The position numbers and the translations under genes were made by a program. From Candidatus Iainarchaeum sp. (GTDB lineage Archaea; Iainarchaeota; Iainarchaeia; Iainarchaeales; Iainarchaeaceae), in the NCBI GenBank assembly GCA_038895675.1, contig JAWANB010000001.1, forward strand, positions 31,443 through 95,442: a stretch of 64,000 nt of DNA, read 5' to 3'. The stretch's first letter is position 1. Each line of letters begins with the position of its first letter. The notes beneath the pieces are model-generated. The model did no database searches, was not told the origin of the DNA, and was given only the letters and a program-made list of their open reading frames with translations. Positions 35,954 through 46,316 of this stretch are shown piece after piece.

Positions 35954-36733
35954 ATGAAAGAACTAGAAAAAGATATTTTAGAGGAAACAATAGCTTTAGA
36001 AGAAACTTCTGTAGTGGAACTTCCAGAAAAAATAGATTTAGTAGATTTAATAGACCAGCCTGCTTGGAAAACAATACTAATAGAATTAGTAAAAAAAGAA
36101 AAAATGAATCCATGGGAAATAGACATTAACGAGTTAACAAAAAAATATTTGGAAAAAATCAATAGCCTTTCTTATCATAATTTGAAAATCCCTGCTAATG
36201 CGATACTTGCTTGTGCCCTTTTACTTAAATTTAAATCAAATTTTTTGCGCGTAAGCGAAATAAAGACAAAAGAAGACCTGGAAAAAGAAAAGAAAAAAAT
36301 GACTCCAGAAGAAATAAAAGAATTTGAAGCAATGTTGCCAGACCTAACTAATATAAGAAAAATCAGGGAAGGAAAAATTTCTTTGGATGAACTTGTTTCT
36401 GCTATAGAAAAGATGTTAAAACAAACAAAGAAAATTGAAGAAAAATCAAAAGAAAAAAAACAAAGAATAAAATTTGTTATTCCTTACCAAGACTTCAAGA
36501 TTGAAGAAGAAATGGAAAAAACCTTAAAAAGAATAAAAAGAAATGTCGACTCTCAAAACATTGTCGTATTTTCAAGAGTAATAAAAGACCCAACAAAAAT
36601 AGAAGACGTTGTAAAGACATTCATAGCCTGCCTTTTTTTGATGAATAAAGGCCAAATAATTATTTGGCAGAAAGAATTTTTCGGAGAAATATTCATAAGT
36701 TTATTAGAAAAAACAGAGAATCAAAATTCATAA
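35954..36733 (+). CDS. scpA: Segregation and condensation protein A (kleisin).
   Basis: NPWEIDINELTKKYLEKINSLSYHNLKIPANAILACALLLKFKS is the ScpA N-terminal motif. There is a C-terminal winged-helix region. Confidence 0.7.
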   Translation: MKELEKDILEETIALEETSVVELPEKIDLVDLIDQPAWKTILIELVKKEKMNPWEIDINELTKKYLEKINSLSYHNLKIPANAILACALLLKFKSNFLRVSEIKTKEDLEKEKKKMTPEEIKEFEAMLPDLTNIRKIREGKISLDELVSAIEKMLKQTKKIEEKSKEKKQRIKFVIPYQDFKIEEEMEKTLKRIKRNVDSQNIVVFSRVIKDPTKIEDVVKTFIACLFLMNKGQIIIWQKEFFGEIFISLLEKTENQNS

Positions 36734-36779
36734 TTACTTTGACATGTTATTTTTAAAATTAACTTACCAAATTCATGCT

Positions 36780-37208
36780 ATGAAAACAAAGTATGGAGTT
36801 ACTGCGGTAATATTTGACATAAAAGACAAAGAAACTTACTTTTTGTTAATGCATAGAATCCTAAATTGGAAAGGTTGGGAATTTGTTAAAGGAGGCATAG
36901 ATAAAAACGAAAGTCCAGAAGAAGCAGTACTTAGAGAAATAGAGGAAGAAACAGGACTTTTTAAGTTGAACATCATTTCAAGACTAAATAAAAAAATGGC
37001 ATGGGCCTCTCAAGGAATAAAGTACGAATACATTCCATTTCTCATAAAATCAGACATGAATGAGAAAATAAATTTAGAGCAAGAAATAGTAGAACATGAC
37101 GATTACGTCTGGGCAACAAAAGAAAAAGCAAGCGATTTATTAACGCATGAAGACAACAAAAAACTTTTGAAAGAAGCAATACAATTTTTAGAAAAACAAA
37201 TTCATTAA
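36780..37208 (+). CDS. NUDIX hydrolase.
   Basis: NUDIX box GGIDKNESPEEAVLREIEEETGL. The track ORF starts 12 codons earlier. Confidence 0.85.
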   Translation: MKTKYGVTAVIFDIKDKETYFLLMHRILNWKGWEFVKGGIDKNESPEEAVLREIEEETGLFKLNIISRLNKKMAWASQGIKYEYIPFLIKSDMNEKINLEQEIVEHDDYVWATKEKASDLLTHEDNKKLLKEAIQFLEKQIH

Positions 37209-37277
37209 GAAAAATCTTGACTTTTTAAGATTTTTAAAAACATTTTTAAGTCTTTATTCTGTCTCCAAAGAAAAAAA

Positions 37278-38165
37278 TTAATTTTTCAAACCGCATTTTT
37301 CAAGCAGGTTTTCATAATTAAGATTAGCTTGTCTTTGTATATGTTCTACTTGCTCTTCGCTTAAATGCTTAAACCTTTTTTGTAGTTCGAGATATTCCTT
37401 TACAGGCCTTGGATTTGAAGGATTAAAGTTTAGTTTGTACTTTCCATTTTCAACCTCGTATAAAAACCATAGCCTAGATTGAACCGCAAGTTTTGCAACT
37501 TTCATTGTTATTCCCCCATCAAAACCAGCGCCAAGACAACAAGGAGCATCAACAACAACAAACGATGGCCCTTTTACTTCTTTTGCTTTTCTTAATTTCA
37601 TTTGAAAGTCTGCATAATAAGCTATTGAAGCAGAAGCTGCATAACTTATACCATGAGCAGCAACTATTTCAACTATTGGCTTTCTCTCGGTCTCTTTTCC
37701 TTTATGCACTGCACCAACATTAGTAGTTGTTGTTGCCGCACCATAGGGAGTTGCACCAGATTTTTGAACACCAGTATTAGCATACAATTGATTGTCATAG
37801 CAAACATAAAGAACATTATCTCCTCTTTCAAGCATTCCGCTCAAAGCACCAAAGCCAATGTCATATGTTGCACCATCACCGGCTATAACAACTACTTTCG
37901 TATGATTATTTCCTTTTGCTTTCAAAGCTGCTGCTACTCCAGAAGCTACGGCTGGAGCGTTTTGGAAAAGAGAATGAATGTAAGGTACACGCCATGCACT
38001 CTCAGGATATTGTGAAGAAGTTATTTCCATGCACCCTGTTGCCTGAACAATTATAATATCTTTCCCTAAAGTATCACAAACTTGTATTAACGCATTGCTT
38101 GGACCACAGCCAGGACAACCACTATGGCCAGGAGAATAAAGGTGCATTTCAGATTGCATACTCAT
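37278..38165 (-). CDS. porB: Pyruvate/2-oxoacid:ferredoxin oxidoreductase beta subunit (TPP-binding).
   Basis: CPGCGP and GDGATYDIGFGALSG (TPP motif). Operon order is G-D-A-B. Confidence 0.9.
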   Translation of the reverse strand: MSMQSEMHLYSPGHSGCPGCGPSNALIQVCDTLGKDIIIVQATGCMEITSSQYPESAWRVPYIHSLFQNAPAVASGVAAALKAKGNNHTKVVVIAGDGATYDIGFGALSGMLERGDNVLYVCYDNQLYANTGVQKSGATPYGAATTTTNVGAVHKGKETERKPIVEIVAAHGISYAASASIAYYADFQMKLRKAKEVKGPSFVVVDAPCCLGAGFDGGITMKVAKLAVQSRLWFLYEVENGKYKLNFNPSNPRPVKEYLELQKRFKHLSEEQVEHIQRQANLNYENLLEKCGLKN

Positions 38166-38167
38166 AA

Positions 38168-39316
38168 TTATCCCTTCATAGTAGCCTTAGGAGGCTCTGT
38201 CGCGATCCACTTTCTAACAGGCTTGCCTTTTAATTGTTCAAACATATCTCTTATATGTTGCCTTTTTATTCCTCGTCCGCCCAAGCCGCCAAAAAAGCTT
38301 GAAACCTCTGAATTTCTACCAACAGCCTCAAAAACTTCAGAGTAAAGTGGAGCACAAGAACCTATGCTTAAACACCTGTCTATTACCCCGACTTTTTTTC
38401 CACTCAAAAACCTTACTAATTCCTCTCTTGGAAAAGGCCTCAAAACTCGCACATGCAAAGCACCTACTTTTTCTCCTTTTTCTCTTAGCTCATCAACAAC
38501 AATCATAACATTATCCATTACTGAACCCAAACCAACTATTACTCTTTCAGCGTCTTCTACTTTATAGGCATTCACAAGTCCATAAGTTCTGCCTGTTAAA
38601 GCACCCCACTTTTTTCCAGCTTCAACAATTAGTTCTTTTGCAATTTCCATGTCTTTAACAAGATCTTCTCTAAACATTTGATAATGAGTTGGGTTAGCAT
38701 AAACTCCCAAACTAACAGGGTTCTCTGGATCAAGTTCCAAAGGATACTTGTAAGGAGCCAAAAATTCTTGCACCTTATTTTCATCAGCAACGTCAACTTG
38801 TTCAACAGCATGTGTCAAGTAGTGACCATCAACACAAACCATAACTGGCAAAAGTATTTTTTCTGCAACATAAAAGGCTTGAGGAATAGCATCAACAGCC
38901 TCTTGATTATTTTTACAATAAATTTGAATCCAACCAGTATCCCTTTGACTTACAGAATCTTGTTCATCATTCCAAATGTTCAAAGGAGAACTAACAGCCC
39001 TATTACCAACAAGCATCACTATTGGCAACCTCATACCAGCTGCACTAAAAAGTGGTTCGTGCATGTAAAGCAAACCTTGGCCACCTGTAGTAGTAAAGGT
39101 TCTTGCACCAGCAGCGCTTGCGCCTATTAGTGCAGAAATAGCAGAAAATTCAGCCTCTACAGTAATGTATTCAGGAATCTTGCCATCAGCATAATACTTG
39201 TTTAGCTCTTCAGTTAAATGAGTAGTAGGGGTAATAGGGTAACAAGCAACCACTTGGGGTTTACAATTAACTACCATTTCGCCAATAACCCTAGCGCCTT
39301 CCTTAGTCTTAATCAT
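38168..39316 (-). CDS. porA: Pyruvate/2-oxoacid:ferredoxin oxidoreductase alpha subunit.
   Basis: VVACYPITPTTHLTEEL, GGQGLLYMHEP and the 382-aa length are typical of POR/VOR alpha. Confidence 0.9.
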   Translation of the reverse strand: MIKTKEGARVIGEMVVNCKPQVVACYPITPTTHLTEELNKYYADGKIPEYITVEAEFSAISALIGASAAGARTFTTTGGQGLLYMHEPLFSAAGMRLPIVMLVGNRAVSSPLNIWNDEQDSVSQRDTGWIQIYCKNNQEAVDAIPQAFYVAEKILLPVMVCVDGHYLTHAVEQVDVADENKVQEFLAPYKYPLELDPENPVSLGVYANPTHYQMFREDLVKDMEIAKELIVEAGKKWGALTGRTYGLVNAYKVEDAERVIVGLGSVMDNVMIVVDELREKGEKVGALHVRVLRPFPREELVRFLSGKKVGVIDRCLSIGSCAPLYSEVFEAVGRNSEVSSFFGGLGGRGIKRQHIRDMFEQLKGKPVRKWIATEPPKATMKG

Positions 39317-39570
39317 TGTTGATCATCCTCTACTCTAACCATTTCAATGCATTTTACAGGGCACTCATTAGCACAAATACTACAACCTTTGCAATACTCA
39401 TAATCTATTTCAGGTATTTTTTTTACAACACCCATTATTCCTTCAGGACAAAAATTTTGACAAATTCCACATTTAATACACTTATCGCCATTTACTAATG
39501 GCATGTAAGCTTTCCATTCTCCAGTTTTGTTTGAAGTACTAGAACCAGGTTTTGCATAAGGAATAATCAA
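39313..39570 (-). CDS. porD: Pyruvate:ferredoxin oxidoreductase delta subunit (2x[4Fe-4S] ferredoxin).
   Basis: CIKCGICQNFCP and CKGCSICANECP. Confidence 0.9.
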   Translation of the reverse strand: MIIPYAKPGSSTSNKTGEWKAYMPLVNGDKCIKCGICQNFCPEGIMGVVKKIPEIDYEYCKGCSICANECPVKCIEMVRVEDDQQ

Positions 39571-40136
39571 GCTTTCACCCCAACATTAACAACCTGCATC
39601 GTATCATAAACCTCTTGAATAGCATTAATGTTCGCTTCAACAACTTGTTGAGGAAACTTGTTTCCTAAAACTTCACGAATAGCCCTCTTTACAGATTCTA
39701 TTTTTACTATGCCTGTGACTTTACACAAAGCCCCTAACATAACCGTGTTCAAAATAAGTTTCTTAAAATGCTTTAACGCAACACTACTTGCGTCAACAGT
39801 AAAAACATTTTTAGCTTTTATATCCAATTCACTTGGTTTTTTATTAGTGTTCACAATAACAACTCCATTTTCTTTTAAACCAGCACAAACATCAACTTCA
39901 GACATGATGGAAGGATCAGCAACAACTACAATGTCTGGCTCTGCTATTTCTTCATGAATCTGAATAGGCTTATCATCTATTCTTACATAAGCTTCTACAG
40001 GAGGTCCTCGTTTTTCAGAACCAAAAAAAGGAAAAGCTTGACTAAATTTTCCCTCATAGTTAGCAGCTTGAGCAATTATGTCAGCACCAGTAACCATGCC
40101 ATGGCCTGCCCTTGCATGAAGCCTTATTTCTTTCAT
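39567..40136 (-). CDS. porG: Pyruvate:ferredoxin oxidoreductase gamma subunit.
   Basis: IRLHARAGHGMVTGADIIAQAA...FGSEKRGPPVEAYVRI is a POR gamma signature. Confidence 0.9.
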   Translation of the reverse strand: MKEIRLHARAGHGMVTGADIIAQAANYEGKFSQAFPFFGSEKRGPPVEAYVRIDDKPIQIHEEIAEPDIVVVADPSIMSEVDVCAGLKENGVVIVNTNKKPSELDIKAKNVFTVDASSVALKHFKKLILNTVMLGALCKVTGIVKIESVKRAIREVLGNKFPQQVVEANINAIQEVYDTMQVVNVGVKA

Positions 40137-40173
40137 CTACAAATAGAAAACCACATTAAATAAAAATATTTCG

Positions 40174-40203
40174 TTAAATGTCCCCTAAAAAATCGACATT
40201 TAA
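40174..40203. promoter_or_regulatory. Perfect 9-bp inverted repeat, TTAAATGTC-n12-GACATTTAA, between the cutA 3' end and the por operon start.
   Basis: Read directly from the sequence, 35-65 nt upstream of the porG ATG. It could be an operator or a bidirectional terminator. The lone palindrome is the only evidence. Confidence 0.3.
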
Positions 40204-40227
40204 CAAATTACGATTAACGTCTCTAAT

Positions 40228-40542
40228 TTACAATAGTGCTTTTTTAAGCCACAGATAATACTTTTCAGCACTTTTTACTTCATAAAACAAAACACAAGGC
40301 ACTTTGTAAGGATGAATATTTTCAAGAAACAAAACAGCCTCTTTCATTTTTTGCCTTGAGGTCTTCATAAAACAAATAATCTCCTTTTCTTTTACTACTC
40401 TATTTTCCCAAAAATAATTTGACTTAGACTCAAAAAAATTAGCACAAGCAATCAACTTCTTTTCTAAAAGCCTTAAAACACACTTCTCTGCTTCTTTCTT
40501 TGATGGAAAAGTAGAATAAATTAAGAATATTTTCTTCAACAA
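40228..40542 (-). CDS. cutA: Divalent-cation tolerance protein CutA1.
   Basis: LIACANFFESKSNYFWENRVVKEKEIICFMKT...HPYKVPCVLFYEV matches the CutA trimer family. Confidence 0.75.
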   Translation of the reverse strand: MLKKIFLIYSTFPSKKEAEKCVLRLLEKKLIACANFFESKSNYFWENRVVKEKEIICFMKTSRQKMKEAVLFLENIHPYKVPCVLFYEVKSAEKYYLWLKKALL

Positions 40543-40549
40543 AAAAACC

Positions 40550-40801
40550 TCACAACTTTGGAATAACTATTTCATAATAACTAAGCAAATAATATAACAA
40601 AAAAAGCAAAAATAAAATCAAAATAATAATCCCGAAAAAAGTTAATGCATTAAATAAATCACTTTCGCCTTTCCTAAACCTTGTTTCTTCTTCTTTCATA
40701 GAATCCAAAACAATTTGAGCACGCTTAGACTCTGAATCAATGTCAAGCTCTTTTTTATAATTTTTTTCTTCATCGTCAAAAATAACTTTGTCTTCATCCA
40801 T
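40550..40801 (-). CDS. Small membrane protein, hypothetical.
   Basis: 83 aa with an acidic N-terminus and one C-terminal TM. Confidence 0.35.
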   Translation of the reverse strand: MDEDKVIFDDEEKNYKKELDIDSESKRAQIVLDSMKEEETRFRKGESDLFNALTFFGIIILILFLLFLLYYLLSYYEIVIPKL

Positions 40802-40814
40802 AATTATTACCTTT

Positions 40815-41678
40815 TTACTTTAAACTATATAAATTTTGGTCTTGACACGCCTTAATAGTATTCTCTATCAAAGAAGCAATAGTCATTGGACCGACTCCTC
40901 CTGGAACCGGAGTAATCCAAGATGCCTTTTTTTTCACTTTTTCAAAATCTACATCACCACAAACTTTACCATTTTTATCCTTACTTATCCCAACGTCAAT
41001 AACAATCGCGTTTTTTTTAACCATGGACGCTTTAACTAATTTTGGCTTGCCAACTGCACTAACTATCAAATCAGCTTTTAGCAAATGACTTCTCAAATTT
41101 TTTGTTTTACTATGACAAATAGTAACAGTACAACCTGCATTCAAAAGCATTATAGCCAAAGGCTTTCCAACAATATGACTTCTACCAATGACCACAGCAT
41201 TAAGACCTTCAAGTTTTTGATTTGTTTCGTTCAAAAGCCTCATAATACCTTTAGGCGTTGCTGGCCTCAAAGCATCCAAATGAAGCAAATTCTTGCCTTG
41301 ATTTATAGGATGAAAACCATCCACATCCTTTTCGGGCAAAATAGCCTCAATTATTTTAGATTCTTTTATTTGCTTTGGCAAAGGCAATTGAACTAAAATA
41401 CCATGCACTTTTTGATCCTTATTTAAATCATTTATTTGATTCAAAAGTTCTTGCTCAGAAATTGATTCTGGCAACCTAATAACTTCTGAAATTATTCCAA
41501 CAGAAGCACAAGCGTCGTGTTTTTTTTGAGTATAAATGGTAGAAGCAGGATCAGAACCAACTTGAATCACTATAAGCTTAGGATTAATCCCATATTCTTT
41601 TAACTTGTTAACGTGGGATTTTGCAGTTTCAAAAACTTTTTTTGCAATAGCGTTTCCGTCCAAAATTTTTGCAACCAT
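40815..41678 (-). CDS. folD: Bifunctional methylene-THF dehydrogenase/cyclohydrolase.
   Basis: AKILDGNAIAKK...VQLPLPKQI...VIGRSHIVGKPLAIMLL...TPVPGGVGPMT. Confidence 0.9.
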   Translation of the reverse strand: MVAKILDGNAIAKKVFETAKSHVNKLKEYGINPKLIVIQVGSDPASTIYTQKKHDACASVGIISEVIRLPESISEQELLNQINDLNKDQKVHGILVQLPLPKQIKESKIIEAILPEKDVDGFHPINQGKNLLHLDALRPATPKGIMRLLNETNQKLEGLNAVVIGRSHIVGKPLAIMLLNAGCTVTICHSKTKNLRSHLLKADLIVSAVGKPKLVKASMVKKNAIVIDVGISKDKNGKVCGDVDFEKVKKKASWITPVPGGVGPMTIASLIENTIKACQDQNLYSLK

Positions 41679-41684
41679 GAATTT

Positions 41685-43040
41685 TCACCTATGCAAAGGA
41701 AACTTTTTACACAAACCTAAAACTTCTTCCCTAACCTCTAAAATTTCTTTATCCTCAAAAATACCTTTTTTAGCTTTCTCTATTGCTTTTTCTCTTAAAC
41801 TCTTTTCATCGGGGAAATCAAAAACACAAGAACGCTTAACGACTTTTGCAATAAGCCTACCAATTATTTCCATTTCTTTTTCTTTCAAACCTCTAGTAGT
41901 AATAGCAGGCGTACCTAATCTAATTCCACTTGGATAAAAAGGACTGCTAGGGTCAAAAGGAATAGTGTTCTTGTTAACAGTTATCCCTGCCCTCTCAAGC
42001 CCCAATTGAGCATAAAAACCCTTTCCTTTTCCAAACATTGTTAAATCAATCAAAAGCAAATGATTGTCAGAACCATCAGTAACAAGCTTTAAACCATTTT
42101 CAATAAGAGTTTTAGCCAAAGCCTTAGAATTTTTTACTATTTGTAAAGCATAATCTCTAAACTCTGGCTTTAACGCCTCACCTAAAGCAACAGCAATGGC
42201 TGCTGTCTGGTGATCATGAGGACCGCCTTGCAAACCAGGAAAAACGGCCTTGTCAATTTTAGAAGGCAACTCAGGATCCTTTTCAAGACCTTTCTTTGTA
42301 ACCATTATGAGAGCACCACGAGGACCTCTCAAAGTCTTATGAGTAGTAGTAGTTACTATATGAACATAAGGCACAGGACTTTCATGAGCTTTTCCAGCCA
42401 CTAAACCAGAAATATGGGAAATGTCAGCAGCCAAGTAAGAACCAACTTCATCAGCAATAACACTAAATTCTTTGAAAGGTAAAGCACGAGGATAAGCAGT
42501 AGCACCAACCCAAATAAGTTTAGGTTTATGCTCAAGTGCAAGTTGCCTTACATTTTCAAGATCAATATAGCCATTAGGCAAAACATTGTATTGAATGCTT
42601 CTATAAATTTTACCTGAAAAATTTACATTCCAACCATGAGTCAAATGACCGCCAGCAGTAAGACTTTGACCAAGCACAACATCGTTAGGATTCAACAAAG
42701 CAAAATAAACAGCATGATTAGCAGGGCTTCCTGAATAAGGCTGAACATTTACATGCTCAACACCAAAAAGTTTTTTCGCCCTCTCAATAGCCAAATTCTC
42801 GACTTTATCAACAAACTCTTGACCACCATAATACCTTTTCCCAGGATAGCCCTCAGAATACTTGTCAGTAAAAACAGAACCTAAAGCTTCACGAACAGCA
42901 ACACTACAATTGTTTTCAGAAGGAATCATTTCAAGGCCATTTTCCTGCCTCTCACTTTCAGCCTTAATCAAATCAAAAACAATTTTATCAGAATCCTTTA
43001 AAGACTTTCCAACCAAAGCAAAAACCCCAAATATTAGCAA
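41685..43040 (-). CDS. glyA: Serine hydroxymethyltransferase.
   Basis: LEMIPSENNCSVAVREALGSVFTDKYSEGYPGKRYYGG, plus the PLP-lysine region VTTTTHKTLRGPRG. Confidence 0.9.
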   Translation of the reverse strand: MLIFGVFALVGKSLKDSDKIVFDLIKAESERQENGLEMIPSENNCSVAVREALGSVFTDKYSEGYPGKRYYGGQEFVDKVENLAIERAKKLFGVEHVNVQPYSGSPANHAVYFALLNPNDVVLGQSLTAGGHLTHGWNVNFSGKIYRSIQYNVLPNGYIDLENVRQLALEHKPKLIWVGATAYPRALPFKEFSVIADEVGSYLAADISHISGLVAGKAHESPVPYVHIVTTTTHKTLRGPRGALIMVTKKGLEKDPELPSKIDKAVFPGLQGGPHDHQTAAIAVALGEALKPEFRDYALQIVKNSKALAKTLIENGLKLVTDGSDNHLLLIDLTMFGKGKGFYAQLGLERAGITVNKNTIPFDPSSPFYPSGIRLGTPAITTRGLKEKEMEIIGRLIAKVVKRSCVFDFPDEKSLREKAIEKAKKGIFEDKEILEVREEVLGLCKKFPLHR

Positions 43041-43084
43041 ACTTAATTCAATTTAAAAAATCAACTATAAAAGTAAAAAAAAAG

Positions 43085-43867
43085 CTAATGTCTTATAGTA
43101 GGCCTCTTAGGATACCCCAAACCTTTTCCTTTTACAAAATTAGCAACATGATCTGCTATCTCTCTACTAGGAAAAGTTCCCTTAGGACCTCTTACTTTAT
43201 CTCTTACTTTCCTTGGTCTATAACCACCTCTTTCTATCTTGAACCCTAATTTATTAACTAGAGCAGCAATTCTTTGCCTAATAGTCTCAACATTAACATG
43301 CACAGGTTTAAAACCAACTTTCCTTAATTTTGAATATATTTCATCACTAAATCTTGTAATTTCACCACTATTTATAACAGGTTTAAAACCACGGGGTACT
43401 TTAGAAAAACACTTATCTTTATTCATTTCCAAATAAAATCTGAACATACTAAATATCATTGGCCAAGGATAAAAATAACCTGAAACTCTATTTTCCCTTA
43501 TCAGATTACCTAACTTTTCTAACTTAGAATCCATTTGTTTCTCGTTTTCAAAAACAAACAAACATTTTTCGTGAAAGTCACTAACAAAACCAAGAAGCGA
43601 TTGCTCATTAAATTGAAGTTCAATATTTTTAATTTTTTCAATCTTGTTTCGCAAAACTTTTGTAGCAACCCCGGCAAAACTACATTCGTCATAATGCATC
43701 AATAAATAAAAAAGAGCCGCTTCTAAAAATGGTTTGTAACTACCAAACGAATATTTAATATCATCTCCAATTTTTTCTCTAATATAATCATCCAATTCTC
43801 TTTCATTATTGAAACTTAACTCTAAATTTCCTTCAAAAACAAGTCGAGGTTTTTTAAGTGTTTCCAT
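43085..43867 (-). CDS. Hypothetical protein with a basic C-terminus.
   Basis: 260 aa with no recognisable domain. C-terminal RGGYRPRKVRDKVRGPKGTFPSREI. Confidence 0.35.
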   Translation of the reverse strand: METLKKPRLVFEGNLELSFNNERELDDYIREKIGDDIKYSFGSYKPFLEAALFYLLMHYDECSFAGVATKVLRNKIEKIKNIELQFNEQSLLGFVSDFHEKCLFVFENEKQMDSKLEKLGNLIRENRVSGYFYPWPMIFSMFRFYLEMNKDKCFSKVPRGFKPVINSGEITRFSDEIYSKLRKVGFKPVHVNVETIRQRIAALVNKLGFKIERGGYRPRKVRDKVRGPKGTFPSREIADHVANFVKGKGLGYPKRPTIRH

Positions 43868-43883
43868 TTAAAACCACTAAAAC

Positions 43884-44855
43884 TCATTTTTGCGTACTTT
43901 TCTCAAGGAATGAAACATACTCATGCATTACTTCTTCAAGCTTTGGAACCTTAAACCTTTTTTCACCAATCCATTCGTTGCATACACTTGCGTACATGTT
44001 TGAAACAATCTTCACTAATTCCTCTGGGAGTTTAGGTGGCACAGGCCAAACTCCTTTTTCAAGTTTTTTTGCCTTAGCTTCTTCTAATTGCTTATACCAA
44101 TCCAGTTTTTTGTAATAATCCCTACAAACTTGCTTGCTTACATGAATGTTATTCCACAAAAACCTATTTTCATCCAACGTTCCGCAAACATCAACAAGCA
44201 TTATTTCGTTTTTAGGAGTTATAGCAAATTCTACTTTACCATCAGCATGTTCAAGTCCTAAAGAGTTTGCTTTTTCTGTTATAAAATCATTTATGTTCAA
44301 AACGGCTTCTTTGATTTCGTACATTTGATCTTCGGTTATCTTAGAAATTTCTAAAGCCTCATCCCAAGAAAGATACCTGTCTGTAGGTTCAAGTTTTGTG
44401 CTAACATCAATAAAAGCCTTTTCAAATTTATGCCCGGGCTTTGGCTCTTCTGTCAAACCAAGGTCATCTAAAGTCAATTCACCATTTTGAAGCCTTTTAA
44501 AAACTGAACTTCCTTCAGGCAAAGTATTTCTAAAAATTATTTCAAGAGGAACAAGGTAATTAGTTGTTTCTTCATAAATTTTATGAATTGATGGATTAAG
44601 AACTCTTACAAGATTTACTTCCATTTTAGTTCCAGAAATCATTTTTCTAAAATGTGTTTTTATTCCAAACTTTGATTCTATTTGCTTAAAATTATAAGAC
44701 GCCTGTCTACACAAAGACTCGCCTTTATAAGGTATTTTGTCTGGCATTTTACCATAATCAAAAACGCTATAATCATCAGTAAACTCAAAAACGCCAACAC
44801 CCATTTTGTCTTCGGTTGGCTCTTTTTCAACTATCAAATTTTTGACAGAACCCAT
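43884..44855 (-). CDS. purC: SAICAR synthetase (long form).
   Basis: VGVFEFTDDYSVFDYGKMPDKIPYKGESLCRQASYNFKQIESKFGIKTHF and LVPLEIIFRN are PurC ATP-grasp-like signatures. Confidence 0.7.
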   Translation of the reverse strand: MGSVKNLIVEKEPTEDKMGVGVFEFTDDYSVFDYGKMPDKIPYKGESLCRQASYNFKQIESKFGIKTHFRKMISGTKMEVNLVRVLNPSIHKIYEETTNYLVPLEIIFRNTLPEGSSVFKRLQNGELTLDDLGLTEEPKPGHKFEKAFIDVSTKLEPTDRYLSWDEALEISKITEDQMYEIKEAVLNINDFITEKANSLGLEHADGKVEFAITPKNEIMLVDVCGTLDENRFLWNNIHVSKQVCRDYYKKLDWYKQLEEAKAKKLEKGVWPVPPKLPEELVKIVSNMYASVCNEWIGEKRFKVPKLEEVMHEYVSFLEKSTQK

Positions 44856-44981
44856 TTAATCACCTAAAAAATTAAATGACATTTATTTAAAAATCTCACA
44901 CTATTTAAATGCAATTTTTGCAACTTAAACATTTTTACAATTAAGTTTAAAATTGCCTTGCTATTTTATGGTTTTGGTCTT

Positions 44982-46247
44982 ATGACAGGAATAGTAATAG
45001 TAGGTTCACAATTTGGAGATGAAGGCAAAGGAAAAGTAACAGACTTTTATGCTGGGAAAGCTGATTGTGTAGTGCGTTATCAAGGTGGAAACAATGCAGG
45101 TCATACAGTAGTAGTTGGTAATAAAACTCTAAAATTTCATTTGTTGCCTAGTGGAGCAATGCAAAACAAAAGAATATTAATAGGAGCAGGCGTAGTCTTA
45201 GATCCAAGAGTTCTTAAAAAAGAATTAGAAGAACTAGAAAAAGCAGGAATAAAAATTAATTTAGGAATAGATCCAAGAACGCACATTATAATGCCATGGC
45301 ACAATTTGTTAGACGAAGGTAGAGAAGAGTCAAGAAACAAAACAAAAATAGGTACGACTAAAAGAGGCATAGGCCCATGCTATGCTGACAAGGCAGAAAG
45401 GTTAGGGATAAGGTTTGAAGAATTAATAGATGAAAAAAATCTGAAAGATAGAGTATTAGAAGTTTTTCCTATAAAAAAAGCTATTCTTGAAAAAGTTTAT
45501 AACATAAAAGTTAACTTTAATGCCGAAGAAATTATTAAAGAGTATTCAGAGTTAGGTAAAGAACTAAAGACTTTTTTGAGCGACGTGAGCCTAGAAGTCT
45601 TTGAAAGTCTTGAAAAAAACGAAGAAATTATTTTTGAAGGAGCACAAGGAACTTTTTTAGATAACGACTTTGGCACTTACCCTTTTGTAACAAGCTCGCA
45701 CCCATTATCAAGTGGAGCACCAACAGGAGTAGGAATACCGTTCTCAAAAATAACAAAAATAATAGGAGTCGTAAAAGCATACACTACAAGAGTAGGATTT
45801 GGCCCTTTTCTCACCGAGTTAGTAGACAAAACAGGAGAACATTTGATTAGTAAAGGAAACGAATTTGGAACTACTACAGGTAGAAAAAGAAGAGTAGGGT
45901 GGCTAGACTTACCAATGCTAAGAACATCAATGCGCCTAAATGGTTTTACAGAATTAGCTATTACAAAGCTTGATGTATTAAGTGGACTAAAGACCATTAA
46001 AGTATGTACAAGCTACAAGATTAATGAAAAAAAAGTAAATTACTTTCCTTATAGCAACAAAGGAATTGAAAAAGCAGAGCCTATCTATAAAGACTTTGAA
46101 GGATTTAACATAATTGGAACAGAAAAAAAGTTTGAAGAATTAGACAAAAACGCAAGAATTTATTTAGAATACATAGAAAAAGAACTTAAAACACCAATAA
46201 AGTTTATTTCAATAGGAGCTGAAAGAGGACAAACGATCTTAAAATAA
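44982..46247 (+). CDS. purA: Adenylosuccinate synthetase.
   Basis: VIVGSQFGDEGKGKVTDFY...YQGGNNAGHTVV and GTTKRGIGPCY. The track ORF starts 8 codons earlier. Confidence 0.92.
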   Translation: MTGIVIVGSQFGDEGKGKVTDFYAGKADCVVRYQGGNNAGHTVVVGNKTLKFHLLPSGAMQNKRILIGAGVVLDPRVLKKELEELEKAGIKINLGIDPRTHIIMPWHNLLDEGREESRNKTKIGTTKRGIGPCYADKAERLGIRFEELIDEKNLKDRVLEVFPIKKAILEKVYNIKVNFNAEEIIKEYSELGKELKTFLSDVSLEVFESLEKNEEIIFEGAQGTFLDNDFGTYPFVTSSHPLSSGAPTGVGIPFSKITKIIGVVKAYTTRVGFGPFLTELVDKTGEHLISKGNEFGTTTGRKRRVGWLDLPMLRTSMRLNGFTELAITKLDVLSGLKTIKVCTSYKINEKKVNYFPYSNKGIEKAEPIYKDFEGFNIIGTEKKFEELDKNARIYLEYIEKELKTPIKFISIGAERGQTILK

Positions 46248-46316
46248 AAAAAACATAAAAAAAATTAATGCGTTTAAATTAAAAAAATTTGCAATTTTAA
46301 TTAATAAGGTGATAGT

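Noticed and set aside
37493-39130. Plus-strand ORFs of 76-150 aa inside porB/porA.
   Set aside because: Antisense to highly conserved POR subunit genes. Artefacts.
44868-44884. Second TTAAATG-a-CATTTA palindrome in the purC/purA divergent spacer, sharing a half-site with the por-upstream inverted repeat.
   Set aside because: The half-site spacing (1 nt versus 16 nt) is incompatible with the same dimeric regulator. Short AT palindromes are expected by chance at this base composition.
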